Origin: Vulcanimicrobiota bacterium
GTDB lineage: Bacteria > Vulcanimicrobiota > Vulcanimicrobiia > Vulcanimicrobiales > Vulcanimicrobiaceae
Reading direction: 5' to 3'
DNA length: 64,000 nt
NCBI GenBank assembly: GCA_963820825.1
Contig: CAWGBN010000007.1
Location: forward strand, 128,001-192,000
The notes below the pieces were generated by a model. That model was given only the letters and a program-made list of their open reading frames with translations. It was not told the DNA's origin and did no database searches. This document shows, in pieces, positions 51,413-60,912 of the stretch. The stretch's first letter is position 1; each line of letters starts with the position of its first letter. The position numbers and the translations under genes were made by a program.

Positions 51413-53967
51413 TACTGCGGGGTACGCGCGAGCCGCTGCGATTGTTTCGACGCGAAAAAGAACGCCTTGCCGATTTCGATGAGCGACAGATAGAGTACCA
51501 CCATCAACGCGAGAATCGCAAAGAATGCCGTGGGCAATGGAGTGAAGCCGAGCAGCAGACCGGCCTTCGTAAAGGGGAGCGCCACGCCGATCGCCACGAC
51601 CGCAATCGTCGTCGCCGTTAAGGCAAACGAGGGCCGGCTGCGAAAGAACGGCACCCTTCTGGTCCGGATCAGGAAAATAACGAGGGATTGCGTGGCGAGC
51701 GACTCGACGAACCAGCCCGTTCGAAAGAGCTCGTGCGTCGCGTGAAAGACGAGGAGCATCACGCCGAACGTCGCAAAGTCGAAGATCGACGAGATCGGCC
51801 CGAAGAACATCATGAATCGGCGGATGAATCGCGGATCCCAGTGTGCCGGCCGGTGAAGCTGCTCCTCGTCCACCGCGTCGGTGGGAATTGCCATCTCGCT
51901 CACGTCGTAGAGCAGATTGTTGAGCAGAATTTGCGACGGCAGCATCGGGAGAAACGAGAGAAAGAGCGACGCGCCCGCCGCGCTGAACATATTGCCGAAG
52001 TTCGAGGACGTCCCCATCAGGACGTACTTGATCGTGTTGGCAAAGATGCGGCGCCCTTCCATCACGCCGTCGGCGAGGACGCTCAGGTCCTTCTCCAGGA
52101 GCACGATGTCGGCCGCGTCGCGCGCAACGTCGACCGCCGACTCAACCGAGATGCCCACGTCGGCATCGTGCAGCGCGACGGCATCGTTCACGCCGTCGCC
52201 GAGGAAGCCGACATCCATTCCCGAGGCCCGCTGCACTCGGATGATCCGCGATTTTTGCTCCGGCGAAACGCGAGCAAATATATTCGTCGCCGGCAGGGCG
52301 GCCGCGAGTTGCTCGTCGCTCATCGAAGCGATCTCGGCACCATTGAGAACGCCCGTAACCAGAATGCCTAAGCGCTGGCATATACTCTGCGCGACCCGCG
52401 CGTTGTCGCCGGTCACGATCTTGAGGGCAACGTCGAGCTCTTCGAGACGCGCGAGGCTCGCCCGGGCGTCGGTCTTCGGTTCGTCGGCGAAGCGCAACAA
52501 CGCGTCGACCTGCAGCTCTCGCTCGTCGTCGTCGGCGATCTGCGTCAGGCCGGCAGCCGACTTCGACGCGACGGCGACGACGCGATCTCCCAGCTCGAAC
52601 TCGCGTTCTAGAAGCGCGCGCACGCGCTCGTCGGCGCTCGTGCACCGGGCGAGGATGGTCTCAGGCGCACCCTTCACGATGAGCCGGCGCAGTCCGTCGG
52701 GTCCGTCGGCGAGGACCGCCATCATTTGGCGATCGTAGTCGAACGGCACCCGGTCGAGCACGCGATAGCGCGCGGCTTCCGCGATGCGCTCCGGACCGGC
52801 CGCCTCCCAGAGCGCAACGTCGAGCGCGTTGCCGCTCACGACGCGACCGCTCTCCACGATGACGTCGGTGCAGACGAGGCCGGCGACCGCGCCGAGCTCG
52901 GTGACGCTGCCGCTTGGATCGATCGCATCGCGAAAGCGCACGCGCCCCTCGGTGAGCGTACCGGTCTTATCGGTGAAGAGCACCTCGACGTTGCCGAGAT
53001 CCTCGATGCTGACCAAGCGTTTGACGATCACTCCCCGTTTCGCGAGCACGCGTGCACCGAACGAAAGGCTGACCGTAACGATTGCCGGGAGCAGTTGCGG
53101 GGTCAAGCCGATCGCGATCGCGAGCGCGAAGAGCAGCGACTCGAGCACGGGATGGTGCAAGAGCGCGTTGAGCACGAAGATCGTGCTCGTCAGGGCGATC
53201 GTCACCCGAACGAGCAGCACCGAGAAGTCGCGAAGCCCGACTTGGAAGGCGGTCTGGGGCGGATGGCGCGTCAGCTGCCGCGCGATCGCACCGAATCGTG
53301 CGCTCCGTCCCGTTGCCACGACGACGCCGGTCGCGACGCCGTTTTTCACCACCGTCCCCGAGTAGGCGCAGTTGCCGGCGGTCGCGCCGGGCTCCATCGC
53401 GGAGACCGCGGCTGCCGACTTCGCCTCGGGCATTGCCTCGCCGGTGAGCACGGATTCGTCGCATTCGAAGGCGCGCACGTCGATCAAGCGCACATCGGCC
53501 GGCACGATATCGCCGACGGCGAGGAAGACGACATCGCCCGGAACGAGCTCGGCGACGTCGATCGCCGCCTTCTGCGAATCGCGCGCGGCGATCGCTTTGC
53601 GCGCAACGCGAGCGCGCAGATCCTCAACGACGCGTTCCGACCGGTACTCGTTGAAGAAACTCAAGCCCACGCTCAAGACGACGATTCCGAGAATGATCAC
53701 CGCGTCGGAACTGTCGTGCAGGAAGAGCGAGAACGACGCCGTCACGACGAGCAAGATCAGGAACGGGTTGATAAGCTGACGGACGAAGACGTCGAGCGCG
53801 TTCGTGCCGCGGGCAGCGATCTCGTTGCGTCCAGATGCCGCGAGCCTCTCGGCCGCTTCTGCCGCCGTGAGACCCGTTGGCGAGCTTGCGAGGCGCTCGA
53901 GAACGTCGCCGGCGCTGAGAGCTGCGGCGGCCTCGATCGTCAGGGCGCCGGGCGGCGTCGAGCTCAT
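51412..53967 (-). CDS. mgtA: Mg2+-translocating P-type ATPase
   Basis: TGE, GLTPQLLP, DKTGTLT, GDGVND, SSNFGN, NLLYD, TGWFVESL. Confidence 0.93.
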   Translation of the reverse strand: MSSTPPGALTIEAAAALSAGDVLERLASSPTGLTAAEAAERLAASGRNEIAARGTNALDVFVRQLINPFLILLVVTASFSLFLHDSSDAVIILGIVVLSVGLSFFNEYRSERVVEDLRARVARKAIAARDSQKAAIDVAELVPGDVVFLAVGDIVPADVRLIDVRAFECDESVLTGEAMPEAKSAAAVSAMEPGATAGNCAYSGTVVKNGVATGVVVATGRSARFGAIARQLTRHPPQTAFQVGLRDFSVLLVRVTIALTSTIFVLNALLHHPVLESLLFALAIAIGLTPQLLPAIVTVSLSFGARVLAKRGVIVKRLVSIEDLGNVEVLFTDKTGTLTEGRVRFRDAIDPSGSVTELGAVAGLVCTDVIVESGRVVSGNALDVALWEAAGPERIAEAARYRVLDRVPFDYDRQMMAVLADGPDGLRRLIVKGAPETILARCTSADERVRALLEREFELGDRVVAVASKSAAGLTQIADDDERELQVDALLRFADEPKTDARASLARLEELDVALKIVTGDNARVAQSICQRLGILVTGVLNGAEIASMSDEQLAAALPATNIFARVSPEQKSRIIRVQRASGMDVGFLGDGVNDAVALHDADVGISVESAVDVARDAADIVLLEKDLSVLADGVMEGRRIFANTIKYVLMGTSSNFGNMFSAAGASLFLSFLPMLPSQILLNNLLYDVSEMAIPTDAVDEEQLHRPAHWDPRFIRRFMMFFGPISSIFDFATFGVMLLVFHATHELFRTGWFVESLATQSLVIFLIRTRRVPFFRSRPSFALTATTIAVVAIGVALPFTKAGLLLGFTPLPTAFFAILALMVVLYLSLIEIGKAFFFASKQSQRLARTPQ

Positions 53968-54042
53968 GCCGCGCAGCGATTACCGTTGGCGTTGAGCGTC
54001 ACCACTCGCACGCCAACGGCTTTCAGGTTAACGTGGCCTAAG

Positions 54043-54780
54043 TCATTTGGCCCCGGGGACTGCGTCGCCGATGATCTGCACCTCGCTCACCTCTTCGCCG
54101 AAGAGCGCGCGATAGCAGACGCCGGCAAAGCCGCCGCCGACGAGCGGAGCGAGCCAGAAGAGCCAGAGTTGCGAGAGCGCGGCCGCGCCGGCGAAGAGCG
54201 CCGGGCCGGTGCTGCGAGCCGGATTGACCGACGTGTTGTCGACCGGAATGCTGATCAGATGGATGAGCGTCAGTGCGAGACCGATCGCCAAGCCGGCGAA
54301 GCCCACCGGCGCGCGTTTGTCCGTCGCGCCGAGAATCACCATGAGGAAGGCAAACGTGCAGACGACCTCGATGATCAGCGCCGAAGCCATGCCGTAGCCG
54401 CCCGGCGAGAGTGGACCGTAGCCGTTGCTGGCAAACTGTCCGGCAACGAAGCCCGGCTTGCCGTTCGCGACCGCATAGAGCACCGCCGCCGCCGCGATCG
54501 CACCGATGACTTGCGCGATTACGTAGGGCAGAACGTCACGCGCCGGAAATCGTTTCGCGAGACAGAGTCCGAAGGTGACGGCCGGATTGATGTGACATCC
54601 CGAGATCGGCCCAATAGTGTACGCCATTGTCAGCAGCGTCAGTCCGAACGCCAAGGCGACGCCGGCGAACCCGATGCCGAGCTGTGGAAATGCCGCCGCG
54701 AGCACGGCGCTTCCACATCCGCCGAAAACGAGCCAAAACGTGCCGAGGAGTTCCGCAGAGACGCGTCTGGAGAGTGGCAT
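54043..54780 (-). CDS. aqpZ: Aquaporin Z
   Basis: Two NPA motifs; [31 protein letters not shown]. Confidence 0.96.
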   Translation of the reverse strand: MPLSRRVSAELLGTFWLVFGGCGSAVLAAAFPQLGIGFAGVALAFGLTLLTMAYTIGPISGCHINPAVTFGLCLAKRFPARDVLPYVIAQVIGAIAAAAVLYAVANGKPGFVAGQFASNGYGPLSPGGYGMASALIIEVVCTFAFLMVILGATDKRAPVGFAGLAIGLALTLIHLISIPVDNTSVNPARSTGPALFAGAAALSQLWLFWLAPLVGGGFAGVCYRALFGEEVSEVQIIGDAVPGAK

Positions 54781-54861
54781 TACCCGTTCCTTTCCGCGAA
54801 TGCGTGTATCGCTTCTTCGTTAGTTGCTCACATCGAGCCGGCGCTCCTCCGCTTGCCTCGT

Positions 54862-55308
54862 TTAAAGCGATCTTCGAAACTTGACGAGGCGTTCGGTCTC
54901 GATGAAACCGCAACGAGCGTGTGCCTTGAGCGAATCGGCGTTGCGAAGGTCGCTATCCGAGGCGAGCTCGATGAACCCGCGTTCGCGCGACCACGCCGCG
55001 GCCGCCTCCATCATGGCGCGTCCGACGCCTCGCCCGCGTGCAAACGGCTCGACGTACCAGCCTTCGACGTGGGGCACCGGACTCGACTCGCATCCGTCGG
55101 CAAACGCACGCACCGAGAGTTCGATGAAGCCGGCCGGAACCGACTCGACTTCGGCGATAAAGGCCGCAGCAACGATCGCGACCTCGGACCCGTCAAGAAA
55201 CGCTCGCGCTTCTGCCATCAGCTCCCGCTCGCCGGCCTCCCGCCAGAGCCGTGCACGAAGCGCGCCCCACGCATTGGCGTCGCTGCTCTGCATCGCGCGA
55301 ATCGTCAC
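54862..55308 (-). CDS. GNAT acetyltransferase, AAC(6')-I-like
   Basis: GCESSPV..VEGWYV, ELASD...N..S..AH...GF.ETER. Confidence 0.8.
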   Translation of the reverse strand: MTIRAMQSSDANAWGALRARLWREAGERELMAEARAFLDGSEVAIVAAAFIAEVESVPAGFIELSVRAFADGCESSPVPHVEGWYVEPFARGRGVGRAMMEAAAAWSRERGFIELASDSDLRNADSLKAHARCGFIETERLVKFRRSL

Positions 55309-55385
55309 GTAGCTAGATTTTTGAAAAGACCGGGACCGGCGCCTGCCTTTCGTGTATCATTCCGGCAAAACGAAAGGCGGTTTAG

Positions 55386-55847
55386 GTGAAGACGCATACC
55401 TACGGCATCCATCTCCATTGGTCGTCAGGCGATAGCGAGGGGACGAAGAGCTATCGCAGCTACTCCCGCAACCATACGATCGGTGGCGAGGGTAAGCCGG
55501 ATATTGCAGCGTCGAGCGATCCGGCATTCCGCGGCGACCCATCGCGTTACAACCCCGAAGAGCTGCTCGTTGCGGCGCTCTCCTCCTGCCACATGCTCTG
55601 GTATCTACACCTTTGCGCCGTCAATGGAATTACGGTCGTCGAGTATCGCGACCGCGCATCGGGGTCGATGGAAGAGCAGGGCGACGGCTCCGGCCGATTC
55701 GTCGCAGCCGTTTTGCGCCCGGTCGTGACGATCGCGCCCGGCGGCGATCGCGCAAAAGCGATCGACCTCCATCACGAGGCACACGAGATGTGCTTCGTCG
55801 CGCGTTCGGTGAACTTCCCGGTGACGGTCGAACCACAAGTCGCATGA
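55386..55847 (+). CDS. OsmC family protein
   Basis: NPEELLVAALSSCHMLWY, AHEMCFVARSVNFPV. Confidence 0.92.
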   Translation: MKTHTYGIHLHWSSGDSEGTKSYRSYSRNHTIGGEGKPDIAASSDPAFRGDPSRYNPEELLVAALSSCHMLWYLHLCAVNGITVVEYRDRASGSMEEQGDGSGRFVAAVLRPVVTIAPGGDRAKAIDLHHEAHEMCFVARSVNFPVTVEPQVA

Positions 55848-56317
55848 ACGCACGAGTTGGCGAACCGCCGGCACGCCGGCAGCTCGAGAGCTTCATCGCC
55901 CGCTTTGCGCCGGAGATCGCCCAGCGCGCCCGCGCGGCACTAACGACGATGCGAAAGCGCCTCCCCGGTGCCTTCGAGCTCGTCTACGACAACGCGTACG
56001 CGCTCGTCGTCGGGTTCAGCCCGAACGAGCGCCCGTCCGCGGCGCTCTTCTCGATCGCGATCTATCCGCGCAAGGTCACCCTATGCTTCCTGTACGGCGC
56101 GCATCTGCCCGATCCCGATCGGCTTCTTCAAGGAGGTGGAAATCAGGTGCGGCACATCCGGATCGAAGACGAGAAGACGCTCGGCAAACGAGGCATTCGT
56201 GCGCTAATGAAGAGTGCGGTCGAGTCGGCCGGAAATCCGTTTCGCGGCACCGGAAGCGGAACGACGATTGTCCGCGCCATCTCGAAAAACCGCCGGCCGC
56301 GGCGAACTCTTACCTGA
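55844..56317 (+). CDS. DUF1801-like protein
   Basis: ELVYDNAYAL, LPDPDRLLQGGGNQVRHI; ATGA overlap with osmC. Confidence 0.75.
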   Translation: MNARVGEPPARRQLESFIARFAPEIAQRARAALTTMRKRLPGAFELVYDNAYALVVGFSPNERPSAALFSIAIYPRKVTLCFLYGAHLPDPDRLLQGGGNQVRHIRIEDEKTLGKRGIRALMKSAVESAGNPFRGTGSGTTIVRAISKNRRPRRTLT

Positions 56318-56334
56318 GGCTGCCCTTTAGGCGG

Positions 56335-56586
56335 TCAGACGATCATTTCGTCGACGTAGCACCAGCGCCAGTCTTCACCCGGCTGGAACGATCGAATGAT
56401 CGGATGGTGGGTCGCGTGAAAATGCTTGGTCGCGTGCTTATTCTTCGAGCTGTCGCAACAGCCGACGTGACCGCACTCCAAACATTCGCGCAGATGAACC
56501 CACGTGTCGCCGATCCGAAGGCAATCTTCGCATCCTTCCGCGCTCGGCGTGACGTTCTTAATGTGATTGAGGTGCGCACACTCCAC
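56335..56586 (-). CDS. UBP-type zinc finger protein
   Basis: CEDC...WVHLRECLECGHVGCCDSS..KHA..H...WCYVD. Confidence 0.92.
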   Translation of the reverse strand: MECAHLNHIKNVTPSAEGCEDCLRIGDTWVHLRECLECGHVGCCDSSKNKHATKHFHATHHPIIRSFQPGEDWRWCYVDEMIV

Positions 56587-56597
56587 AGTTTTGCCTC

Positions 56598-57257
56598 CTA
56601 TATTTCGTTCTCGCCGAAGCCTTCTATGCGGCGGTAGAGGACGTACGAATAGACGATCGGCACGATGGCGATCACGGCCAAGACACCGATGAGTACGGCA
56701 ACGACCTCATTGCCCGCGAAACTCGTCGCGGCGAGGAGGACTCCCCCGATCATAAAGAGCGTACCGCCGAGACGATTCGTTCGTTGCCAGACCTCATCGC
56801 TGGCCAGCGTCCACGGGGTGCGCACGCCGATCCAGAAGTTCTTCTTCAGTCTTCCCATCATGCTGCCCAGAATCACCAGCAGGATGCCGAGCGGTATCAA
56901 GAAGAGCGCGTTGGCGGGCGCCGATCCGGTCACTTCGGCGTGCAGCAATCCGATGTGAATCGCGAGCATCATCGCGACCACGGCGAGCGTGCTCGTATAG
57001 AACGGCCCGGCAAAATCGTCCAATCGAAAGCCGCGCGGCGATATTGCCGGTAGGACGAGCATCAACAGCCAGGTGAACGCAACGACCGCCGGCATGATGC
57101 TGACCGCAAAAAGCTTGGAAGAATATCCGTTCACCTGCCCGGCGAGATCCCAGTGCCTCGCAACCCATGGCGGCAGCATCGGATACGCCCACGCGGAGAA
57201 CGCCACCGATGCCAGGAAGAGAAATAGGCCAAGCAGCAACGCGCGGTTGCGCGTCAT
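56598..57257 (-). CDS. SdpI/DUF1648 family membrane protein
   Basis: HWDLAGQVNGY, NFWIGVRTPWTLASDEVWQRTNR. Confidence 0.9.
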   Translation of the reverse strand: MTRNRALLLGLFLFLASVAFSAWAYPMLPPWVARHWDLAGQVNGYSSKLFAVSIMPAVVAFTWLLMLVLPAISPRGFRLDDFAGPFYTSTLAVVAMMLAIHIGLLHAEVTGSAPANALFLIPLGILLVILGSMMGRLKKNFWIGVRTPWTLASDEVWQRTNRLGGTLFMIGGVLLAATSFAGNEVVAVLIGVLAVIAIVPIVYSYVLYRRIEGFGENEI

Positions 57258-58699
57258 CGCACACCCGCCCCGCTCGCGCAGCGGTCGCGTTCTGAAGCAA
57301 CGTACTCGAGCAGCGCTCTACCGAAATCGCCGACGACGACGAGCGCCGAAAGATCGATCGGCGTCAGCGGCATCTGCAGCCGCAAAGAGTCTTTGCCGTC
57401 GAGCATCCACGGGCCGACCCCGGAGAAGTAAAAGCCCCGCGACTCCATCGCCTCGCAGAGCGCCGGCGTGCCGGGGTCCTCGAGCGGGAGTTCGGCGTAG
57501 ATCGCACCGAGCCGGCACGTCGCGCGTAAGTCTTCCACGGCTTGCGAAACGAGGTCCGGGGTCTCGGCACCGATCTCCTCCACCGCAATCGTAGCGATGT
57601 TGTCGCCGCGCGTAATCCCGGTGCGAAACGCCCCGCGGCCGCTTCGCGCCGCTCCGGCCTCGATCGCCACGGGCAAGCCGAGCTGTTCGTAGATGCCCGT
57701 GACGATCGCGCGGTGCCGAATCGGCGGGTAGATCGTTCGCCTCTCGCGCGGTCGAAGCGGCTTGACGTAGAGCATGCAGCTCTGTCGTTGCGTCGTCGTC
57801 GAAAGCTCCATGTGCCGAGCGATGAATTTGCGCGGCGCCACCCCCAGCGTAATGCCGCAGGCCTTCGCGCCGAAGTTTTCGCTTGCGCGCTGCGTACGCG
57901 GATGGTCGGTCACCGGTTCGGAATAGTACGCCGCCAATCCGAGGGCAATCGCTTCGCTTTCGGCGCGATCGCGCAGCACGTTGAGCAGGCCGCGTCCGCG
58001 ATGAGCCGGCAAAACGATCGCACCGGCCGCATCGGCAATCGGTTCGCCCCATTCGCGCGCCAGCGCGTAGTGCCCGACCACGTCGCCGCCGGCATCGAGC
58101 GCAACGATCGAGACGTAACGGCCGCTCGCGTTCATTTCGACCAAACGCTCGGGAACGTAGACCGCGCAGAGATCGTACGCGTAGCCGTAGGTGAGGTAGA
58201 AGGCGCGCGCGACGCCAGGCGCGTCGGCTGGTTCGAAACGTCGCACGCGATACTCTTGTTCCGGCGCCAACGGAACCTCTGCCTGGCCTGGATTCCGAGC
58301 GGCGATCGCATCTACGATGTCGTGTCTCCGGTTTACCACCAGCCGCAGCTCGCTACCCGCAGTTCCATGCGATCGCCAGTGCGCTTCATCGATCTCGCCG
58401 ACGAGTTCGTTCCATCGGGGATCGCGTCGCGCGAACGCGTCGTCCATCGGCAAACCGCGTTCGAAGAGCGATAGCGTGAGTCGCTCCGGCGTGCAGGCCG
58501 CCACGATCCGCATCGGCTCGCGCGCTTCGGCGAGCGCCTCGGAGACGATGATCGAGAAGCCGCGATCGGCCGCGTCGAGTATACCGCATTGCTGCGCTTC
58601 GGCAAGCTCGCTGCGCCGCGCGGCATCCGCCGCGAACGTCCGGACGAGCGAGCCGAACTCGCTCGAAGGCGGGACCCGCAGCTCGGTGGTAAAGTTCAT
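57254..58699 (-). CDS. GNAT protein with a degenerate N-terminal RsbW/HATPase-like domain
   Basis: The N-terminus resembles an anti-sigma kinase fold; central YGYAY, VVGHYAL, VLPAHRGRG, EPVTDHPRTQ. Confidence 0.7.
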   Translation of the reverse strand: MNFTTELRVPPSSEFGSLVRTFAADAARRSELAEAQQCGILDAADRGFSIIVSEALAEAREPMRIVAACTPERLTLSLFERGLPMDDAFARRDPRWNELVGEIDEAHWRSHGTAGSELRLVVNRRHDIVDAIAARNPGQAEVPLAPEQEYRVRRFEPADAPGVARAFYLTYGYAYDLCAVYVPERLVEMNASGRYVSIVALDAGGDVVGHYALAREWGEPIADAAGAIVLPAHRGRGLLNVLRDRAESEAIALGLAAYYSEPVTDHPRTQRASENFGAKACGITLGVAPRKFIARHMELSTTTQRQSCMLYVKPLRPRERRTIYPPIRHRAIVTGIYEQLGLPVAIEAGAARSGRGAFRTGITRGDNIATIAVEEIGAETPDLVSQAVEDLRATCRLGAIYAELPLEDPGTPALCEAMESRGFYFSGVGPWMLDGKDSLRLQMPLTPIDLSALVVVGDFGRALLEYVASERDRCASGAGVR

Positions 58700-58704
58700 C
58701 TGCG

Positions 58705-59547
58705 TTACGGTTCGACCAGCGACGTATCCGTCGCGTTCGGTTCGACCAGCGGCTGATCGTAGATCGTGGTCTGCTCGCGTATGTTTTGAAACGCAATCGC
58801 GGCATTGCGAACGACGCGGCGATGCGTGAGGTAGAGCGTATTCGGCGTCGTCTCGCGGTCAACGTACGGTGCGCCGTCGATGGTCGTGAAGTCTACGGTC
58901 CACGCTACGTCCACGAACGGCGCGAGCGTAAAGTTGCCCGCGAGGATAGCTCGTCTCGGCAGATAGTCCGTAATCCCAATCCAGACCTCTCGCAACCGGT
59001 TCGTCTTCGGCTGCCGTAGCGGATCGAGCTTGAGATGATAGGTCGGCACGCCGTCGATCGCCGGCGTATCGAGTAGAGTCACGCGGTACTCCGGCGACTG
59101 GGATCTTACCGTCGCGATAACTGGCAGCGAGTTCTTCCCACCCGGTTCTTCACTCATCTTGATCGCGGTATATTTCATTCCAAACATGTACGTCGGGGCC
59201 AGAAGCGGCAGCCCGAGCAGATCGTCGTATGGGGCAGAATGGCCGAGGGGGAGGCTGATCCCGGTGCCGCACGGACCGTAACCGGAGCAGAGGCCAATGA
59301 AAACATTGGTATTGAAACCGTGCGGAACCGGGGCCGGCTTGGCCAGCTCCTCGTCGCTGATGGGAAATGTTCGCACGCTGCCGTCTGCGGGATCGCAGCT
59401 CCCGCGATAGTGATCCGCGACGGGCGCTGCGCCGTCGAGACCGCTGATCGCGATCGTATAATCTATTCGGCTCGGGTAAGCGGCACTGGTCACCGCGGTG
59501 CGCGCGCGCGTCCACAGCTCGTAAGCGTCTGCTGTCGGCGCGATCAT
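58705..59547 (-). CDS. Hypothetical protein
   Basis: ATG overlaps the upstream stop; YHLKLDPLRQPKTNRLREVWI. Confidence 0.65.
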   Translation of the reverse strand: MIAPTADAYELWTRARTAVTSAAYPSRIDYTIAISGLDGAAPVADHYRGSCDPADGSVRTFPISDEELAKPAPVPHGFNTNVFIGLCSGYGPCGTGISLPLGHSAPYDDLLGLPLLAPTYMFGMKYTAIKMSEEPGGKNSLPVIATVRSQSPEYRVTLLDTPAIDGVPTYHLKLDPLRQPKTNRLREVWIGITDYLPRRAILAGNFTLAPFVDVAWTVDFTTIDGAPYVDRETTPNTLYLTHRRVVRNAAIAFQNIREQTTIYDQPLVEPNATDTSLVEP

Positions 59548-60185
59548 GTGGCCGGTTCCCGAATTCTCCAGGCTGCAACGAAGAGCCAGAGCATGAAGAT
59601 CAACTCGCCGACCGGCGTAATCATCGTGATCGCGAGATCGGTATTCGGATAAAGATAGGGTTGCACGCTGTCGGCGATCCAGCCGAGCCCATCGAGGACG
59701 AGCAAGATTCCCACGATGATTGAGACGAGCAGGGAAATGTAGCCGCAGCGAGCGACCAAATAGCCGAGCAGCACCAGATGAATGCCGAAGATCCCCAGAC
59801 TCAGCGACCAGTCGTAGCGAAACGAATGCAAGAGCAGGTCGACTTGCGCGTGGAGCGGAGCTCGCCCGAAAATCATGAGGAAGTATGGCGTCGTGAGCAG
59901 ACGATCGACGGTTACGAGGTTCATCGTGCCGACGAGCACGATCGCGGCATAGATCAACCGAAACCATGCGGTGAGCAACGATAGCGCACGGTTGACCGGC
60001 AGCAGTAGATAGTAGAGCGGCCACGCGATGACGATGTCTTCGATGAAGCAAATTAAATAGCAGCAGATCGCCGAAACGAAGAGCCTGCCATGGGTCGAAA
60101 TGTTTTGGACGGTCTCTTCGACGTTGCCCGGAATCACCAGCTTGGGAACGAGGGCAGCCTGCCGCAGCGTTATTCGTTCACGAGG
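59544..60185 (-). CDS. DUF4386-like membrane protein, N-terminus apparently damaged
   Basis: DIVIAWPLYYLLLPVNRALSLLTAWFRL, IFGIHLVLLGYL, GELIFMLWL; no clean in-frame start. Confidence 0.7.
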   Translation of the reverse strand, partial: PRERITLRQAALVPKLVIPGNVEETVQNISTHGRLFVSAICCYLICFIEDIVIAWPLYYLLLPVNRALSLLTAWFRLIYAAIVLVGTMNLVTVDRLLTTPYFLMIFGRAPLHAQVDLLLHSFRYDWSLSLGIFGIHLVLLGYLVARCGYISLLVSIIVGILLVLDGLGWIADSVQPYLYPNTDLAITMITPVGELIFMLWLFVAAWRIREPAT

Positions 60186-60246
60186 GCGCGAAACGCTCAC
60201 CGCAGCGGACTTCGCGATGCGAGCGCGAGATGCTTGCGGCCGGTTC

Positions 60247-60912
60247 TCAGCCGCCGTCCAGTAGGGCGCGAATCGTATCGACGCTGAGATCGTCGAGCTG
60301 GGAGAGGCGGCGATTCGCCAGCGCAAGAGCACTCTGCTCGGGAGGATAGGCACGGTTCGGGATCGCGACCACCGCGAGTCCGGCGGCATGCGCCGATCGG
60401 ATTCCGTTCCCCGAGTCTTCGACCGCCGCGCTGCGCTCGCGATCGGCCTCGAGCAGCGCGAGCGCGCGCAGATAGACGTCGGGCGCAGGCTTTCCGCGTG
60501 CGACCGAATCGGCCGAAACGACCACGGCGAAATACTTCGCCCAGCCCGTCTTCCCCAGCACCGTCTGCGCGACGCGCAACGCCGACGAGGTTGCGACCCC
60601 AAGCACGAATGCCTCCGAGAATCGCGCGAGCACCGCGCCGGCACCCGGAAGTACCGGAACCCGTGCCGCGAAGCGCTCGGCGACGGCCTCGACGCAGCGT
60701 TGCGCGATCGTTTCGGGCGAAAGCGAAACGCCGAGCTCGTCGTGGATGAAGCGCGCCCATTCCTCGGTGCGCATGCCCATCATCGCCGCCTGCGCGCCGT
60801 CGGTCCATCGTCCGCCCTGCTCGACGACGAAATCGCGCCGGATCTCGGCCCAAATCTCCTCGCTCTCGATCAGCGTTCCGTCGAGATCGAAGACGACCCA
60901 CGCACGTTGCAC
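60247..60912 (-). CDS. HAD-family phosphatase
   Basis: FDLDGTL, KPAPDVY, VEDSGNG. Confidence 0.92.
   Translation of the reverse strand: MQRAWVVFDLDGTLIESEEIWAEIRRDFVVEQGGRWTDGAQAAMMGMRTEEWARFIHDELGVSLSPETIAQRCVEAVAERFAARVPVLPGAGAVLARFSEAFVLGVATSSALRVAQTVLGKTGWAKYFAVVVSADSVARGKPAPDVYLRALALLEADRERSAAVEDSGNGIRSAHAAGLAVVAIPNRAYPPEQSALALANRRLSQLDDLSVDTIRALLDGG

Noticed and set aside
52726..55389. 887-aa plus-strand ORF, and similar long antisense ORFs such as 22522-24387
   Set aside because: Shadow frames of mgtA/aqpZ and the TBDR, expected at high GC; Arg-rich and without motifs.
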